Notes under the pieces: model-generated | Told to the model about the DNA's origin: nothing | Databases searched by the model: none | The model's input: the letters and a program-made list of their open reading frames with translations, nothing else | Source: Nemertoderma westbladi | Taxonomy: Eukaryota > Animalia > Xenacoelomorpha | Reading direction: 5' to 3' | Length of the DNA: 44,114 nucleotides | Assembly: GCA_032718475.1 (NCBI GenBank) | Contig: JAUCBJ010003481.1 | Coordinates: 1 to 44,114 of the forward strand | Made by a program: the position numbers and the translations under genes | Shown here: positions 1-10,382 of the stretch, piece by piece | Position numbering within the stretch: the stretch's first letter is position 1 | Layout: each line of letters begins with the position of its first letter

Positions 1-1
1 A

Positions 2-2593
2 GAATTCAGTCTTCCTTAAATTTATTGTTAATTTATTTTCAATCAGCCAATCAGAAACTTTCTTAGCTTGTGAGTTTACTATGTTTTGTAGCAAAGGAAT
101 ATTTTTGGATGTAGTTGATAACGATGTGTCATCGGCAAATAAAGTTGAATTTAACGATGTTGAATTTGGTAAGTCATTTATATATATCAAAAACATTAGC
201 GGTCCTAAGATTGATCCCTGGGGAATACCGCATAATATAGGCAACACATTAGATTTACCACCAGGAATGGAAACATACTGACTACGGTTTGTTAAGTAGC
301 TGGAAAATAAATTGTGTGGTAAGCCTCTTATGCCATATAGTTCAAATTTTTTTAATAAGATTTTATGGTTGAGTGTATCAAACGCTTTCTTTAGATCTAC
401 AAAAATAACTATACTAGCATCTGAATTATCAAGCGCAGTGCGTAGATTTTCAATCACATTTAATAGAGCATCTGTTGTTTTGATACCTTTCCTAAATCCG
501 TACTGGTTATCTGTTAGAACTGAAAATTTTCGTAAATATGATGTCAATTGAATTTCTAATATATTTTCAAAAATTTTACTAAATACAGGAAGTACAGAAA
601 TGGGGCGGTAATTGCTTGTATCCTTGGGATCTTCCGATTTAAAAACTGGAGTTACTCTGGCTTGTTTAAGGATATCCGGAAAATAACCACCAGATAAAGA
701 AGTATTAATTACGTGAGACAAATGGTGTGATAAACAACTGGCGCTTATTTTAACAAGGGATACTGGAAATGGATCATTTGTGGCAGAACGGTTGTTTAAT
801 TGGAGTAGGAAATACTGAACTTCTACAGGGGAGGTTTCTGTAATTGCAAATGATTTTGAGTTTTTATAATAAATGTGACGTGAGTAATTGGCATTAGTAT
901 GAGGTAAGCGGTTGGCCAGTAAAGGTCCAACGGATGTAAAAAAATTATTAAACTCATTCGCAATGTCGTCTGGGTTTGATAAGTTTTTAACATTACCATC
1001 ACTTGAGTTTACATTTATAGATTTTGGGGCAGATGATGATTTAGAACTTCTATTTAGTGCACTGTTTATAGTTTTCCATGTTTTCCTAATGTCATTTTTT
1101 GCATTTGAAAACCTGTTTTCATAATATTTTTTTTCAGCATTGCGTAGGGTTTTTAATAAAGTGTTCCGATATAACTTATAGCGTTTTGAATTTGATTCTG
1201 TGGGATTAGACATATAAGATCCGTACAGTTTATTTTTGTTTTTAGTGCATCTAATTAATTCTTCAGTCATCCAGGGTTTTTTAGGTTGAAATTTTTTTGG
1301 TATGATTTTAGTTTTAAGATGTTTGTTACATATTTTAAGATAGTCCTCATAGAAAATTTCAAAAACGCGTTTTTTATTAATATTATCCTTCTTATATGTC
1401 CAAGAGCTAGGAGAGGCTATATCGGAAAGAAAAGAAACCTTATTAAAATTTTTAAAGTCATAAATCGTTGACTTATCGCTATCCAAAAAATATGTGTTTA
1501 GGTTTTCAAAAACAGCAAAAGTAGCTAAGTGGTCTGATGTTCCAATTTCAGCCATGAAGACACCAGGCTTCCCAAATATATTACCCATATTTGTTAAGAT
1601 ATGGTCCAATAAAGTTTTAGACCCAGGAGTAATTCTAGTAGCCTGTTTGATTAATTGTGTGTACCCATTTGATGCAATGCAATTTATATAATCATTTGAT
1701 TGTTTAATGTTTTTTAAAAGGTCGTAATTGAAATCACCCAGAATAACTGAATCTTTGTTCTGATTATTTAATTCTTGTAAACATTCTTCAAATTTTCCTA
1801 GAAATAATTCTGATTTAATCGCATCGGAACGATAAATACATCCAACTACGGTAGGCTTCTGTTTTATGCTAGTTTTGATTTCGACCCAAACATTTTCAAA
1901 CAAAGATTCAGTTATTCCTGTAAAAACAGTGGCTGATAGGCATTTTCTAGTTAAAATCATAACACCGCCACGTGAACTTCCTGATTTTCGGTTATCAACA
2001 AAGGGTCCGTCATAATTTTCAATTTTATATAATTCTAGTGGGTCATCGTCAGTTAAGAAAGTTTCTGAAATTGCAATTATATCAAATGGCTTTTGAATTA
2101 AATTTAAATAATTTTTTAGATGTTCGAAGTTACTTTTTACACTCCTTAAATTTACGTGACATACAGATAGTGCAGTATCAGATTTTGGATCATTCGCATG
2201 TTCATTATTATATGATTCCTCAGTATAATAGTCGCCAATATTAAAATTATTGACAATATTATTATGAGGGTCAATATTTGCAAATATGTTATTTAGATTA
2301 TCCACGTCGGGAATTATTTCCAGATCCGAGTTTTGCGTCCAAAATATGTCATCATCATCACTGGCAACGCCACTAAATGGAAAAATATCGTAATGGCAGA
2401 AAATACAGTAAATATCACTGTCGTTACTATTACTGACAGTGGTTTGTATCTGGTCTGCCTGGAGATGCGTACCGCACTGATAATGAAATACACAATTACA
2501 AATTGCACATGATATAGTTAGATCTCTTTGGTTAAATTTAGAAAAACAAAATGAACAATTGAGACTTCTTGGTAGGCAAGGATATGATGTCAT
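2..2593 (-). CDS. LINE ORF2: N-terminal PHD-like zinc finger, APE endonuclease and reverse transcriptase (3'-partial)
   Basis: Manual translation from the ATG at 2593: MTSYPCLPRSLNCSFC..CAICNCVFHYQC..CIFC..FPF; APE motifs HVNLRS and DIIAISETFL; RT motifs GIPQGSILGPLMFLIYINDL and FADDT (~130) in the same frame. It is missing from the ORF track, consistent with no stop before the edge. Confidence 0.92.
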   Translation of the reverse strand, partial: MTSYPCLPRSLNCSFCFSKFNQRDLTISCAICNCVFHYQCGTHLQADQIQTTVSNSNDSDIYCIFCHYDIFPFSGVASDDDDIFWTQNSDLEIIPDVDNLNNIFANIDPHNNIVNNFNIGDYYTEESYNNEHANDPKSDTALSVCHVNLRSVKSNFEHLKNYLNLIQKPFDIIAISETFLTDDDPLELYKIENYDGPFVDNRKSGSSRGGVMILTRKCLSATVFTGITESLFENVWVEIKTSIKQKPTVVGCIYRSDAIKSELFLGKFEECLQELNNQNKDSVILGDFNYDLLKNIKQSNDYINCIASNGYTQLIKQATRITPGSKTLLDHILTNMGNIFGKPGVFMAEIGTSDHLATFAVFENLNTYFLDSDKSTIYDFKNFNKVSFLSDIASPSSWTYKKDNINKKRVFEIFYEDYLKICNKHLKTKIIPKKFQPKKPWMTEELIRCTKNKNKLYGSYMSNPTESNSKRYKLYRNTLLKTLRNAEKKYYENRFSNAKNDIRKTWKTINSALNRSSKSSSAPKSINVNSSDGNVKNLSNPDDIANEFNNFFTSVGPLLANRLPHTNANYSRHIYYKNSKSFAITETSPVEVQYFLLQLNNRSATNDPFPVSLVKISASCLSHHLSHVINTSLSGGYFPDILKQARVTPVFKSEDPKDTSNYRPISVLPVFSKIFENILEIQLTSYLRKFSVLTDNQYGFRKGIKTTDALLNVIENLRTALDNSDASIVIFVDLKKAFDTLNHKILLKKFELYGIRGLPHNLFSSYLTNRSQYVSIPGGKSNVLPILCGIPQGSILGPLMFLIYINDLPNSTSLNSTLFADDTSLSTTSKNIPLLQNIVNSQAKKVSDWLIENKLTINLRKTEF

Positions 2594-3255
2594 CGGGATA
2601 GTGGGGGTGGGGGGGGGGGGGGGGGGGGGTGGTAATTAGAGTAACAGAAGGAGCAGGATAGGATAGGGGTTTTTGGCATAGAGAAAAGGGGTAGGATAAG
2701 AAACAGTACGTAATTCGGGTGGAACAACACAATACAATAGGCTGCAGGTAATACTGCAAGACCAACAACTACAATGATAAGCATAATAAGATAAGTTAAA
2801 TTAAGCTTTGAAAAATATTTGAGTAAACGATCTTTCTCAGACTTTAAGACTTACGAGCAGAATGGTACTTACATGGTACATACTTACAGAATGGTACATA
2901 CAAATTGAAAAAAAGGTGTACTTATTCATATTCAGGTCGGGAAAATTTAACTTTAGCTTTACGATAGATAAACAATCTCGAAAAAAATAAAATAAAAAAA
3001 TATAGACGTTTAAGTTTAGCTTTAAGACTTCGAGCATATTACAAACAGAATGGTACTGTACATACACTTTAACATACAGACGGAAAAATATCTCCTTCCT
3101 TATTCATGTTCACATCGGAAAAATTTATAACACTGGCTCTAAGTTTACAATTTCTAGAGTAAATAACATACTGAATGTTACATATTATTCTCCGCGGATC
3201 ACTGATACAGTATATACAGGCCTACTAGACTACCAACTCCGTAAGGGTTTAGGGT

Positions 3256-4116
3256 TTAAGGATTCGATTCAGCATCCGAGGTAAGTGGTTCGTAAAGGTT
3301 GCTTACTACACGCGAACGGTTTGTGGTGCGCCGTAATGATGAGAGGCGATCGACATCAGGATTCTTCTCCTTAGCAACTGAGGAGGAACGAAGTTGTTGC
3401 TTTAAGGAATCGACGTCGTCCTCGTTGTTGATTTTGGTGGGTGAACTGGATGCCGTAAGCCGAACATAGATCGATCCGTAGCGAGAATATGCAGCGTGGA
3501 TATCTTTATTATGCTTAAGCGATAGGGCTTTCTTAAGCAGGCTCGCACGGCGTGTAGTGAGGTGTTCAGACAAATAGACACCCTTAGGAAGTTTGCTCTT
3601 ATTCGCAAAGAGAACTACGCGTTGGGTGTGGCCAAGGAAACGTATAATTAAAGGGCGGATACGATCTTTGTAAGTTGAGCTGACACTACTTTTGCCACTG
3701 GTGGCCGGACCGAGGCGGTGAATAATGTCGATAAAGTTGCGAGGTACGCCGAGGGAGACGATAAGGTTCACGGCCTCGGTTCTATCTTCATCGGGATCCG
3801 ACCGTTCTTTAAGACCGTGGATAAGTACATTGTGCTTCCGCAGATACTGGGCGAGCTCGTCGTTTTCCGATTTAAGAACAACGTTTTCAACTTTTAGTTT
3901 ATCTACTTCATCCTTCAGTGAGTCGTTGTCGAACCGGAGCTCTTTAATGAGCTCAGGAATATTTGCTAGTGGAACAAGCTGGGTTTTAATATCTATTAGT
4001 TCTGTCTGGATATTTCCGACTGATTCATTTAATGTAGCGAGCATGGAAGCAAGTCTATCAAGTTTGTCAGAGCCTTGCGTTATCGACTTATCGATGATTT
4101 TTCCCGTGGGCCCCAT
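3256..4116 (-). CDS. LINE ORF1 (coiled coil plus RRM-like, L1-ORF1/Tnp22-type)
   Basis: 286-aa ORF with a heptad coiled coil followed by RKHNVLIHGLKE..IDIIHRLG..RPLIIRF..VYLSEHLT, typical of CR1/L2-group ORF1. Confidence 0.88.
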   Translation of the reverse strand: MGPTGKIIDKSITQGSDKLDRLASMLATLNESVGNIQTELIDIKTQLVPLANIPELIKELRFDNDSLKDEVDKLKVENVVLKSENDELAQYLRKHNVLIHGLKERSDPDEDRTEAVNLIVSLGVPRNFIDIIHRLGPATSGKSSVSSTYKDRIRPLIIRFLGHTQRVVLFANKSKLPKGVYLSEHLTTRRASLLKKALSLKHNKDIHAAYSRYGSIYVRLTASSSPTKINNEDDVDSLKQQLRSSSVAKEKNPDVDRLSSLRRTTNRSRVVSNLYEPLTSDAESNP

Positions 4117-4239
4117 ATTGTTAGTCTGATAGTCTGATGTACCGGTAAGCTTCTAGTCAGTAGTCAGTAGTAGTCAGACAAGCAAGCCTACTCGTTTACC
4201 ATTTTCTTCCGTCACCTACCTGATCGTTCAGCGATCAGC

Positions 4240-4670
4240 GTTCCTTGCTAGATCGTTCTGGGCCTTGATGTTGCATGTGGAGTCTTCCATTATGTTAATT
4301 AATCGGAATTTTGAAACGGCTTTGTGCCATCCTTCCCCCCTCCAGATTTTGTGCAGCCAAACCTGTGCTGGCCACCATGAGTATAATTCCTCCCTCAGCC
4401 CTGATCTTGGCACCAATAACCGTGAATGTGAACGTTTTGCCATATCCACCAGGAGAATTGAGAATTAATTGTTTTGTGCATCCATGACCTGAAGTCTCTG
4501 CATTTACTGCTTGGAAGATCTCCCCACATAGTGCTAACTGTGCCTCGTTCAACTTAGGCTCCAACATGCTGACGATATTTGCCTGTTTAACTGCATCGTA
4601 CCACTCCTCACTAAATACTCTTGTCAACCTCTCCTCGTCATTGATGGCACGCGGCTGTGGCATGTCAGGG
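4240..4670 (-). pseudogene. Helitron Rep/Helicase fragment (Pif1 helicase motifs I/Ia)
   Basis: LNEAQ..LILNSPGGYGKTF..VASTGLAAQNLEGGRMAQSRFKIPI, continuing after a frameshift as NIMEDSTCNIK. Confidence 0.85.
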
Positions 4671-5344
4671 AAACTATCCGTTCTCTATATTTTGAGCTAT
4701 TATGGTAATACTGTACTCTGGATAACGATACATAAAAATAATAATAGACCTACTGTTTAACGATTCAATAAATTTAATATTATGTAATTTACATTCAATA
4801 TCTTACCTTGATCACGGTTCATAATTCTGTTATCCATGAAGGAGATTTGCGTGTTCGGGAGATAAATCCAATGCTAAAAGTTTCAGCTTCCATTTCATTA
4901 TAAAGTAAAAATAAATTGTATTTCAGAACGGCTTCTCAAAAAAACATAATTTATACTTACAGTGACCTACCTATATTCTTACTGATGATACTTGAATGGC
5001 AATGCAATTCGTTTACTGGGGATTGGAAGCAATTGGTTTGAGAAATTGTGCTTGACCTTTGATTGGCATTGTTATCCTTCAATGCCAATATAATGGTAAT
5101 AATCCGTTTATTAACAGCTGGTGATTATGGAAACAACTCTTCTTACACTACTGTATTAGCAATTTATTCCCAACTCAACAATCATAATAATGTGCTTGAC
5201 CTTTGATTAGCATTGTGAATTAGAAATAACAGGGAGATATTATCAATTTAGCAACTTTGTAGTAGTAGTAGTAGTAGTAGTAGTCGTCGCAGTACTTTTG
5301 AGCTATTATATTAGTAGGATGTGGTAGACCGGAATGTAAATGGT

Positions 5345-5970
5345 GCAATATGCCTTTTTGAAAACGGAAGAGGTGAGCTCGGAATTGGTAACATCTACCA
5401 GGTTGTCTTTAATACAGTTGACAATTTGAATAAGAAGACTAGGAAATGTAAAAGTTGGGGTTGTGCGAAGCCAGTAAACAAGCTTTGTGACTTCTAAACA
5501 GTTCTTTAGCAAGAAGAAGGCATCCTGGTTACATAGGCATTTGACATTTATTGAATTATGTTACCAGTGACAGACTTGTTTAGATATAGACCAATATAAT
5601 AATTATTCACTCTGTGATTTATGAATAATATTAGTATTGGTGTTTAGGATCTTAGGATCTTATAGCTTAATTTAGGAACATATGATCTTAAGTCTGGACT
5701 GGAACATAGTGAGATTGGCAAGCTTATTAGTCAATGATTCAATAGCCGTCTTGCCTATTGGGGCCGCAAGGAGGAGGATGTCTCTGTGCAAGGTCCCCTT
5801 CATGTTGGGGAAATCTGTCTGGAATGCCTCCAGTATGTGATCATGCATCGCCTTATCGGTTGTGGAAGACTGTTGTTTCACATTTCTTTACGTTAAAGCA
5901 AAAGCCTATATCCTCGCAAGCTGATGTGAACTTGATAAGTTCAGGAAGGATGTGTTCCCATTTGCCCAAC
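5345..5970 (-). pseudogene. CRE-clade-like non-LTR retrotransposon RT fragment, split by an AT-rich stretch (~5530-5685)
   Basis: Minus-strand pieces ..ACEDIGFCFNVKKCE.., LLLAAPIG..LTNKLANLTMFQSRLK and QDAFFLLKNCLEVTKLVYWLRTTP resemble the GLxLNxxKCE / LLGAPIG / HDAFFLLxNCL..KLxYxLR series of CRE-type RTs. Confidence 0.6.
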
Positions 5971-6194
5971 ACTCATCTTTATAATTTATATAGTTGTAGA
6001 AAATATTTTTTCTCAAATCAATTCGAAAATGTGCTATAATTGGACCTATTATCACCCCAGGCCTTTCAAATTGAAGAATAATTTTTTACTCAGAGAGTAA
6101 TTACACTCATATATTTGGCGACTGCTCTATATGCCATTACACTGTCCCGTCTGCTCTGCTCACTATATTACATTATAAATGGAGGTTAGAAATT

Positions 6195-6404
6195 ACTACT
6201 ACTAGGTCAAGCGAGCTCGAAAAATTAAAATTGACATTTTAAATCGGGGTAAGAAACTAGATCCCGATAGCATATAATATACATTTCATAAATTATAACT
6301 TTTGTTAGGCACAGCTTTGCAAACTCTGCAAAACGTTTAATTGGGATCGAACTGGTGACCTACGTGTTGGCAGTCTGACGCTCTACCCATTCAGCTAGCG
6401 GCTC
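6195..6404 (-). mobile_element. tRNA-derived SINE (or decayed tRNA) with a short (TAG)n tail
   Basis: Minus strand from 6404: GAGCCGCTAGCTGAATGGGTAGAGCGTCAGACTGCCAACACGTAGGTCACCAGTTCGATCCC, with A box, B box and a GCC anticodon loop. The acceptor stem does not pair. (CTA)n lies at ~6195-6205 on +. Confidence 0.6.
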
Positions 6405-6463
6405 AGGTAAAAGATAGACCTCGAAATACTATCTGATACCGTTTCATAAATGTTACACGTTAG

Positions 6464-7210
6464 TGGGAACTTCGCGCAGCACGAGGCTCAGTTTTGATAC
6501 ACAAATTAACACTACTACTACTACTACTACTACTAGTATCGGCATGCTGCATTGCAGCTGCATTTTTATGAATGCTGTGCCGGCTTGTCGACAAAATTGC
6601 GCCGCCACAACTCCCTATCACCCATGACATTTGCTAGATCATCCGCATCTTCAAGACCAGTGTCCTTTAAGATGCGTCTCAAGAAAGTCATGGGCTGTCC
6701 ACCATGCTTATTCACTCCATGAGGCTGCCAAAGTACAAGATTATGCACTGGCTGGTCCTCACGGCGAAAGCAATGTCCTGCGAAGCGGAGGCGATTTTGT
6801 TCTAGTGTCAAGCTTGGGGGAACCAATGAGACACCTCCAATGTTATATAGTGTCTGGTTGGAGATGTGTGCATTGTACTTGACACAATGAACCCGGCGTA
6901 GCATTCATGTGAATGTGCCATCCAGAGATTTGGTATCCTCAGCAGTTAGAGCCCAGCATGGACTCCCATAGAGGAGTACTGGAACTACTGCTGCTCTAAA
7001 TAATCGGACCTAAAGTTTCCGATTAATTCTCGGTGACTTCCAAATCCTGGAAAGCCTATTCAAGGCTGCCCATGCCTTTCCCTTACGTATTCGAAGGTCC
7101 TCACCTGACTTCCAAATTGATTGATGCCAAATTTAAATTAACACACATAACGACAGGTTGATTAATGGTACCCCTACGCTAAGGCTCACTCACTTCGTGG
7201 CTCGCCCCAC
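6464..7210. mobile_element. Short non-autonomous HINE/MITE-like element interrupted by an RTE insertion
   Basis: Its ends GGGAACTTCGCGCAGCACGA and CGCTAAGGCTC..ACTTCGTGGCTCGCCCCAC match the ends of the element at 37122-37760. Confidence 0.65.
6513..7134 (-). mobile_element. 5'-truncated RTE-clade LINE with (TAG)n tail
   Basis: C-terminal ..QNRLRFAGHCFRREDQPVHNLVLWQP..GDRELWR; (TAC)n at 6513-6535; 10-bp TSD AAATTAACAC at 6503-6512 and 7135-7144. Confidence 0.88.
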
Positions 7211-9310
7211 ATTTTAATTTTATTCTTCTATATTGCAACGCGAATATAAAAATCAACAACAATGAGCGAAAAGGAGTAAGTAAACGAAAACAAAAAAAAT
7301 GTTCAAAGAACTTGAATAAATTAAAAACACTGCACATGCTGCACACTGCACATACGTGTGTTTTGTATTAACTGATAATAATAACATTAAAGGCAAGTTT
7401 TAAAAAAATGGGGAAAACCTACCAAAAATCGCCCCCAAAAACGGCATAAGATGGAAAAATATTAATAATATTATGTCAAATTATGAAATTAAGATATACT
7501 ACTTTTCAAATGGGTTAAATATCATTTAATATTCACAGCAGATTTTGCTGTTTAAGACTTTGCATCACAAAGCCTTACCTTCTTAAAGTCGTGCTTTTAA
7601 TTCTAAATAATTTTAATTGTAAAAGCAGAAATTGTAATTTCAGTGCTGCGCTGCATACGCTTATTACCATACCGGCAGAAATTTCAAAACAACCTTAACA
7701 TTTAATTATAGATTCTAGTCTTATTTCCACTTTGCGAAGTTTTAAGGAGTGAAAAATGTTGCGAGTCCAGCGTTACTGTGGTTTGCAACTGCACAAGCCC
7801 TCGTCGGATGTAGAATACTAATTACTTATTGGTATTTAAGTTGAGTAATTAATTATAATTGAGCCCATAACCAGACCGTGACCACTCTAACCGAATTGTC
7901 ACTCCATGTTTGTTCACCGGAGAACATATTTTAATGATACTGACGATTTCTGCAAGTTAATTCCGCCACAAATATAACTGCTAAAAACCACATTTATTAG
8001 AACTTAAAAACTAAAAAAGTTCAAGCATGGCAGAAAAAAATATTAATTGAGAGTCAAGTACGCATTACCAGGGCTCTTCGTATGGTATATAAAAAAATAT
8101 CATATATATGTGTATAGATGTATAATAAAATCAATACAATGAAAAACAAAACTCAATATATCAACAAAAAACACAATCTGAAAGAATATCCACTATTAAT
8201 AGTTTCCCGAAATTCAACTATTCTCTTAGAGTCTATTGAGTTTTGCACTAGTTGGCAGAGTTTTAAATTCATTACTTCATTATCATCCTTAATAGTGAAG
8301 GAAAGTGTACTTCTCTTCACTAAAAGCGTGAGATATAACTTAAATGAAACAATAATATTGAGCAAAAAGCATTACTTAATTCTTTATTTCTTAGAATTAA
8401 ATTACAAAATAGGTTTTAATAAATAAACTTCGCTAGATGAAGGTATCTTTATTAGCTAGTTACCGTGGTAGTTATCCCATTCAACTTTTCATTAAACTCT
8501 ATCTGTATTTTCCTTGGGGCGTTTATTTGTTGTTACATTGATTATGGTGTCGATTACGTTTTTTTTTATAATAACGAGATGTCATTAGGTCCCTTAGCGA
8601 GTACAACAACCTCAGATATTATTTCTCGATAGTACAAAATATCTCCTTTTGCACGAAGTTATATCTGCAAACCTATGGCAGTAAGTCATAAGGTTGATTT
8701 TAATGATGAGATTACAGCCAGGAGGGGTGACATGTTTCCCGAAAATGAGGAAATTCTCCTAATACTTATGTTAGTTACCTTGCCGCCGGATAAAAGAGCT
8801 TCAATCTTGCGCAAAGCACATGACCTCCGCAAATCGAAAGTATACAAACATTGCAAACAGAATAACGTCGTTTCCAGTATGAACTCAGAGTGGAGCGGCG
8901 CAGGTTTCAAGCAATGCATCCTGAAAAACGCTTCGTCATTTTTCCGAGAATCTGTAGTTGAGTCAAAATCACCGAAACCGGGTGGAGAATACACTGTGAT
9001 CAATACAACAATGCATCCTGTAACACCACCTACTGTTACTATATCAACCCGGACCCAACAGCAAACCCCCCGATCGCATCGAAATTCCGGAAATATATCG
9101 ACACAAACAGATTGATTGTATACTCCAGAATATGAGTCGAAAATCTTAGATCCTACTTTAACTGCTGTGTGTTTATATATTGCGCGGTCCATTAATAATA
9201 TAGCAGCAGTGTTATAGGACCACATTGTAGACGACAAGGTAGACATTATGGCTATTACAGAGGCCTGGTTGAAAGGAAACGATAGTGATACTGTAACTAT
9301 TAATGAAATT

Positions 9311-9441
9311 CATGATGAGATCCTTTTTACTTTTTACTTTTTACGATTAATAATTTCTTATTATGGTCTTATTTGTATATACACTTGTGTTTTTAATGCT
9401 GCATTTCAACTTTACCCCGCCTGGTGGTGTATCTTTATGAT
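9311..9441. mobile_element. 131-bp insertion with a 13-bp TSD inside the L2 endonuclease
   Basis: TATTAATGAAATT at 9298-9310 and 9442-9454. Removing the insert restores DTVTINEI-CPMGYTLKHNPR..GGGV. Confidence 0.8.
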
Positions 9442-9857
9442 TATTAATGAAATTTGTCCAATGGGATATACACTTAAACACAATCCCAGGAGTGATAAAC
9501 CGGGTGGTGGTGTCGCCTGTATATATAAATCTGCACTTCAGTTAAAGCAGCACCTTTGCAAAGTTTTATACACAACATTTGAGTATATTGAACTAACTTC
9601 ACAGCATTGTGGGGTTCTAATAAGACTTTTTATTATATCCCGAACGTGTCCTTCTCAAAAAACGGGGTTACGGCTCTACCTGGGCGACTGATTATAGCTG
9701 GAGACTTAAACTTCAATGTGGATGTATGTGACGAGAAAGAAGCCGGTGAATTCCTGGATGTTGTAAATGTAAGTTGTTTTTGTGCTCCACCTATGGGTAC
9801 ATGAACCGACTCAGATAACCTACTACAGATAAATAATCTGCTACAGATAAATCTACA

Positions 9858-10360
9858 ACGTCATCAGTTACTACGGGCAATTTAGCTGCATCATCGGTTG
9901 CTACGGGCAACCCAGCTGCGTCATCAGTTGCTACGGGCAACCCAGCTGCGTCAGTGGTTGCTACGGAAAACCTCCCGACGTCACCGGTTGCTACGGACAA
10001 ACCAGCTGCTTCATCGGTTGCTACAGGCAACCCAGATGCGTCATCGGTTGCTACGGGCAACCCAGCTGCGTCATCGGTTGCTATGGACAACCCAGCTGCG
10101 TCATCGGTTGCTACGGGCAATCCAGCTGCGTCATCGGTTGCTACGGGCAACCCAGCTGCGTCATCAGTTGCTACGGGCAATCCAGCTGCGTCATCGGTTG
10201 CTACGGGCAACCTCCCGCGGTCATCGGTTACTATGGGCAACCAAGCTGCGTCAGCGGTTGCTTGGGACAACCTCCCGCCGTCATCGGTTGCTACGGACAA
10301 CTTCCCGCCGTCATCGGTTGCTACGGGCTTCCCAGCTGCGTCATTGGCTGCCACGGGTAA
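9858..10360. repeat. 30-bp GC-rich minisatellite, ~17 degenerate units
   Basis: Unit GCTACGGGCAACCCAGCTGCGTCATCGGTT; gives 10-aa periodic ORFs in several frames. Confidence 0.95.
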
Positions 10361-10382
10361 CACTCCGAAATCATCACTTTAA

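Larger units (their letters stand above)
1..4240 (-). mobile_element. L2/Crack(CR1-group)-type non-LTR retrotransposon with its 5' part intact; runs off the left edge
   Basis: ORF1 (4116-3256), a ~660-bp spacer, then ORF2 from 2593 to the window edge. The 5' boundary is approximate, set where Helitron similarity stops. Confidence 0.9.

Noticed and set aside
81-2244. Short + strand ORFs (also 3725-4129, 8686-9246, 32377-33303, 39740-40120, 41834-42214)
   Set aside because: Antisense shadows of retrotransposon ORFs.
5672-5881. LLLAAPIGKTA as a Pif1/RecD helicase motif
   Set aside because: The flanking peptides fit the LLGAPIG region of a CRE-type RT better.
6333-6404. Functional tRNA-Gly(GCC) gene
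   Set aside because: The acceptor stem does not pair and the T-arm is imperfect; a SINE head or pseudogene is more likely.
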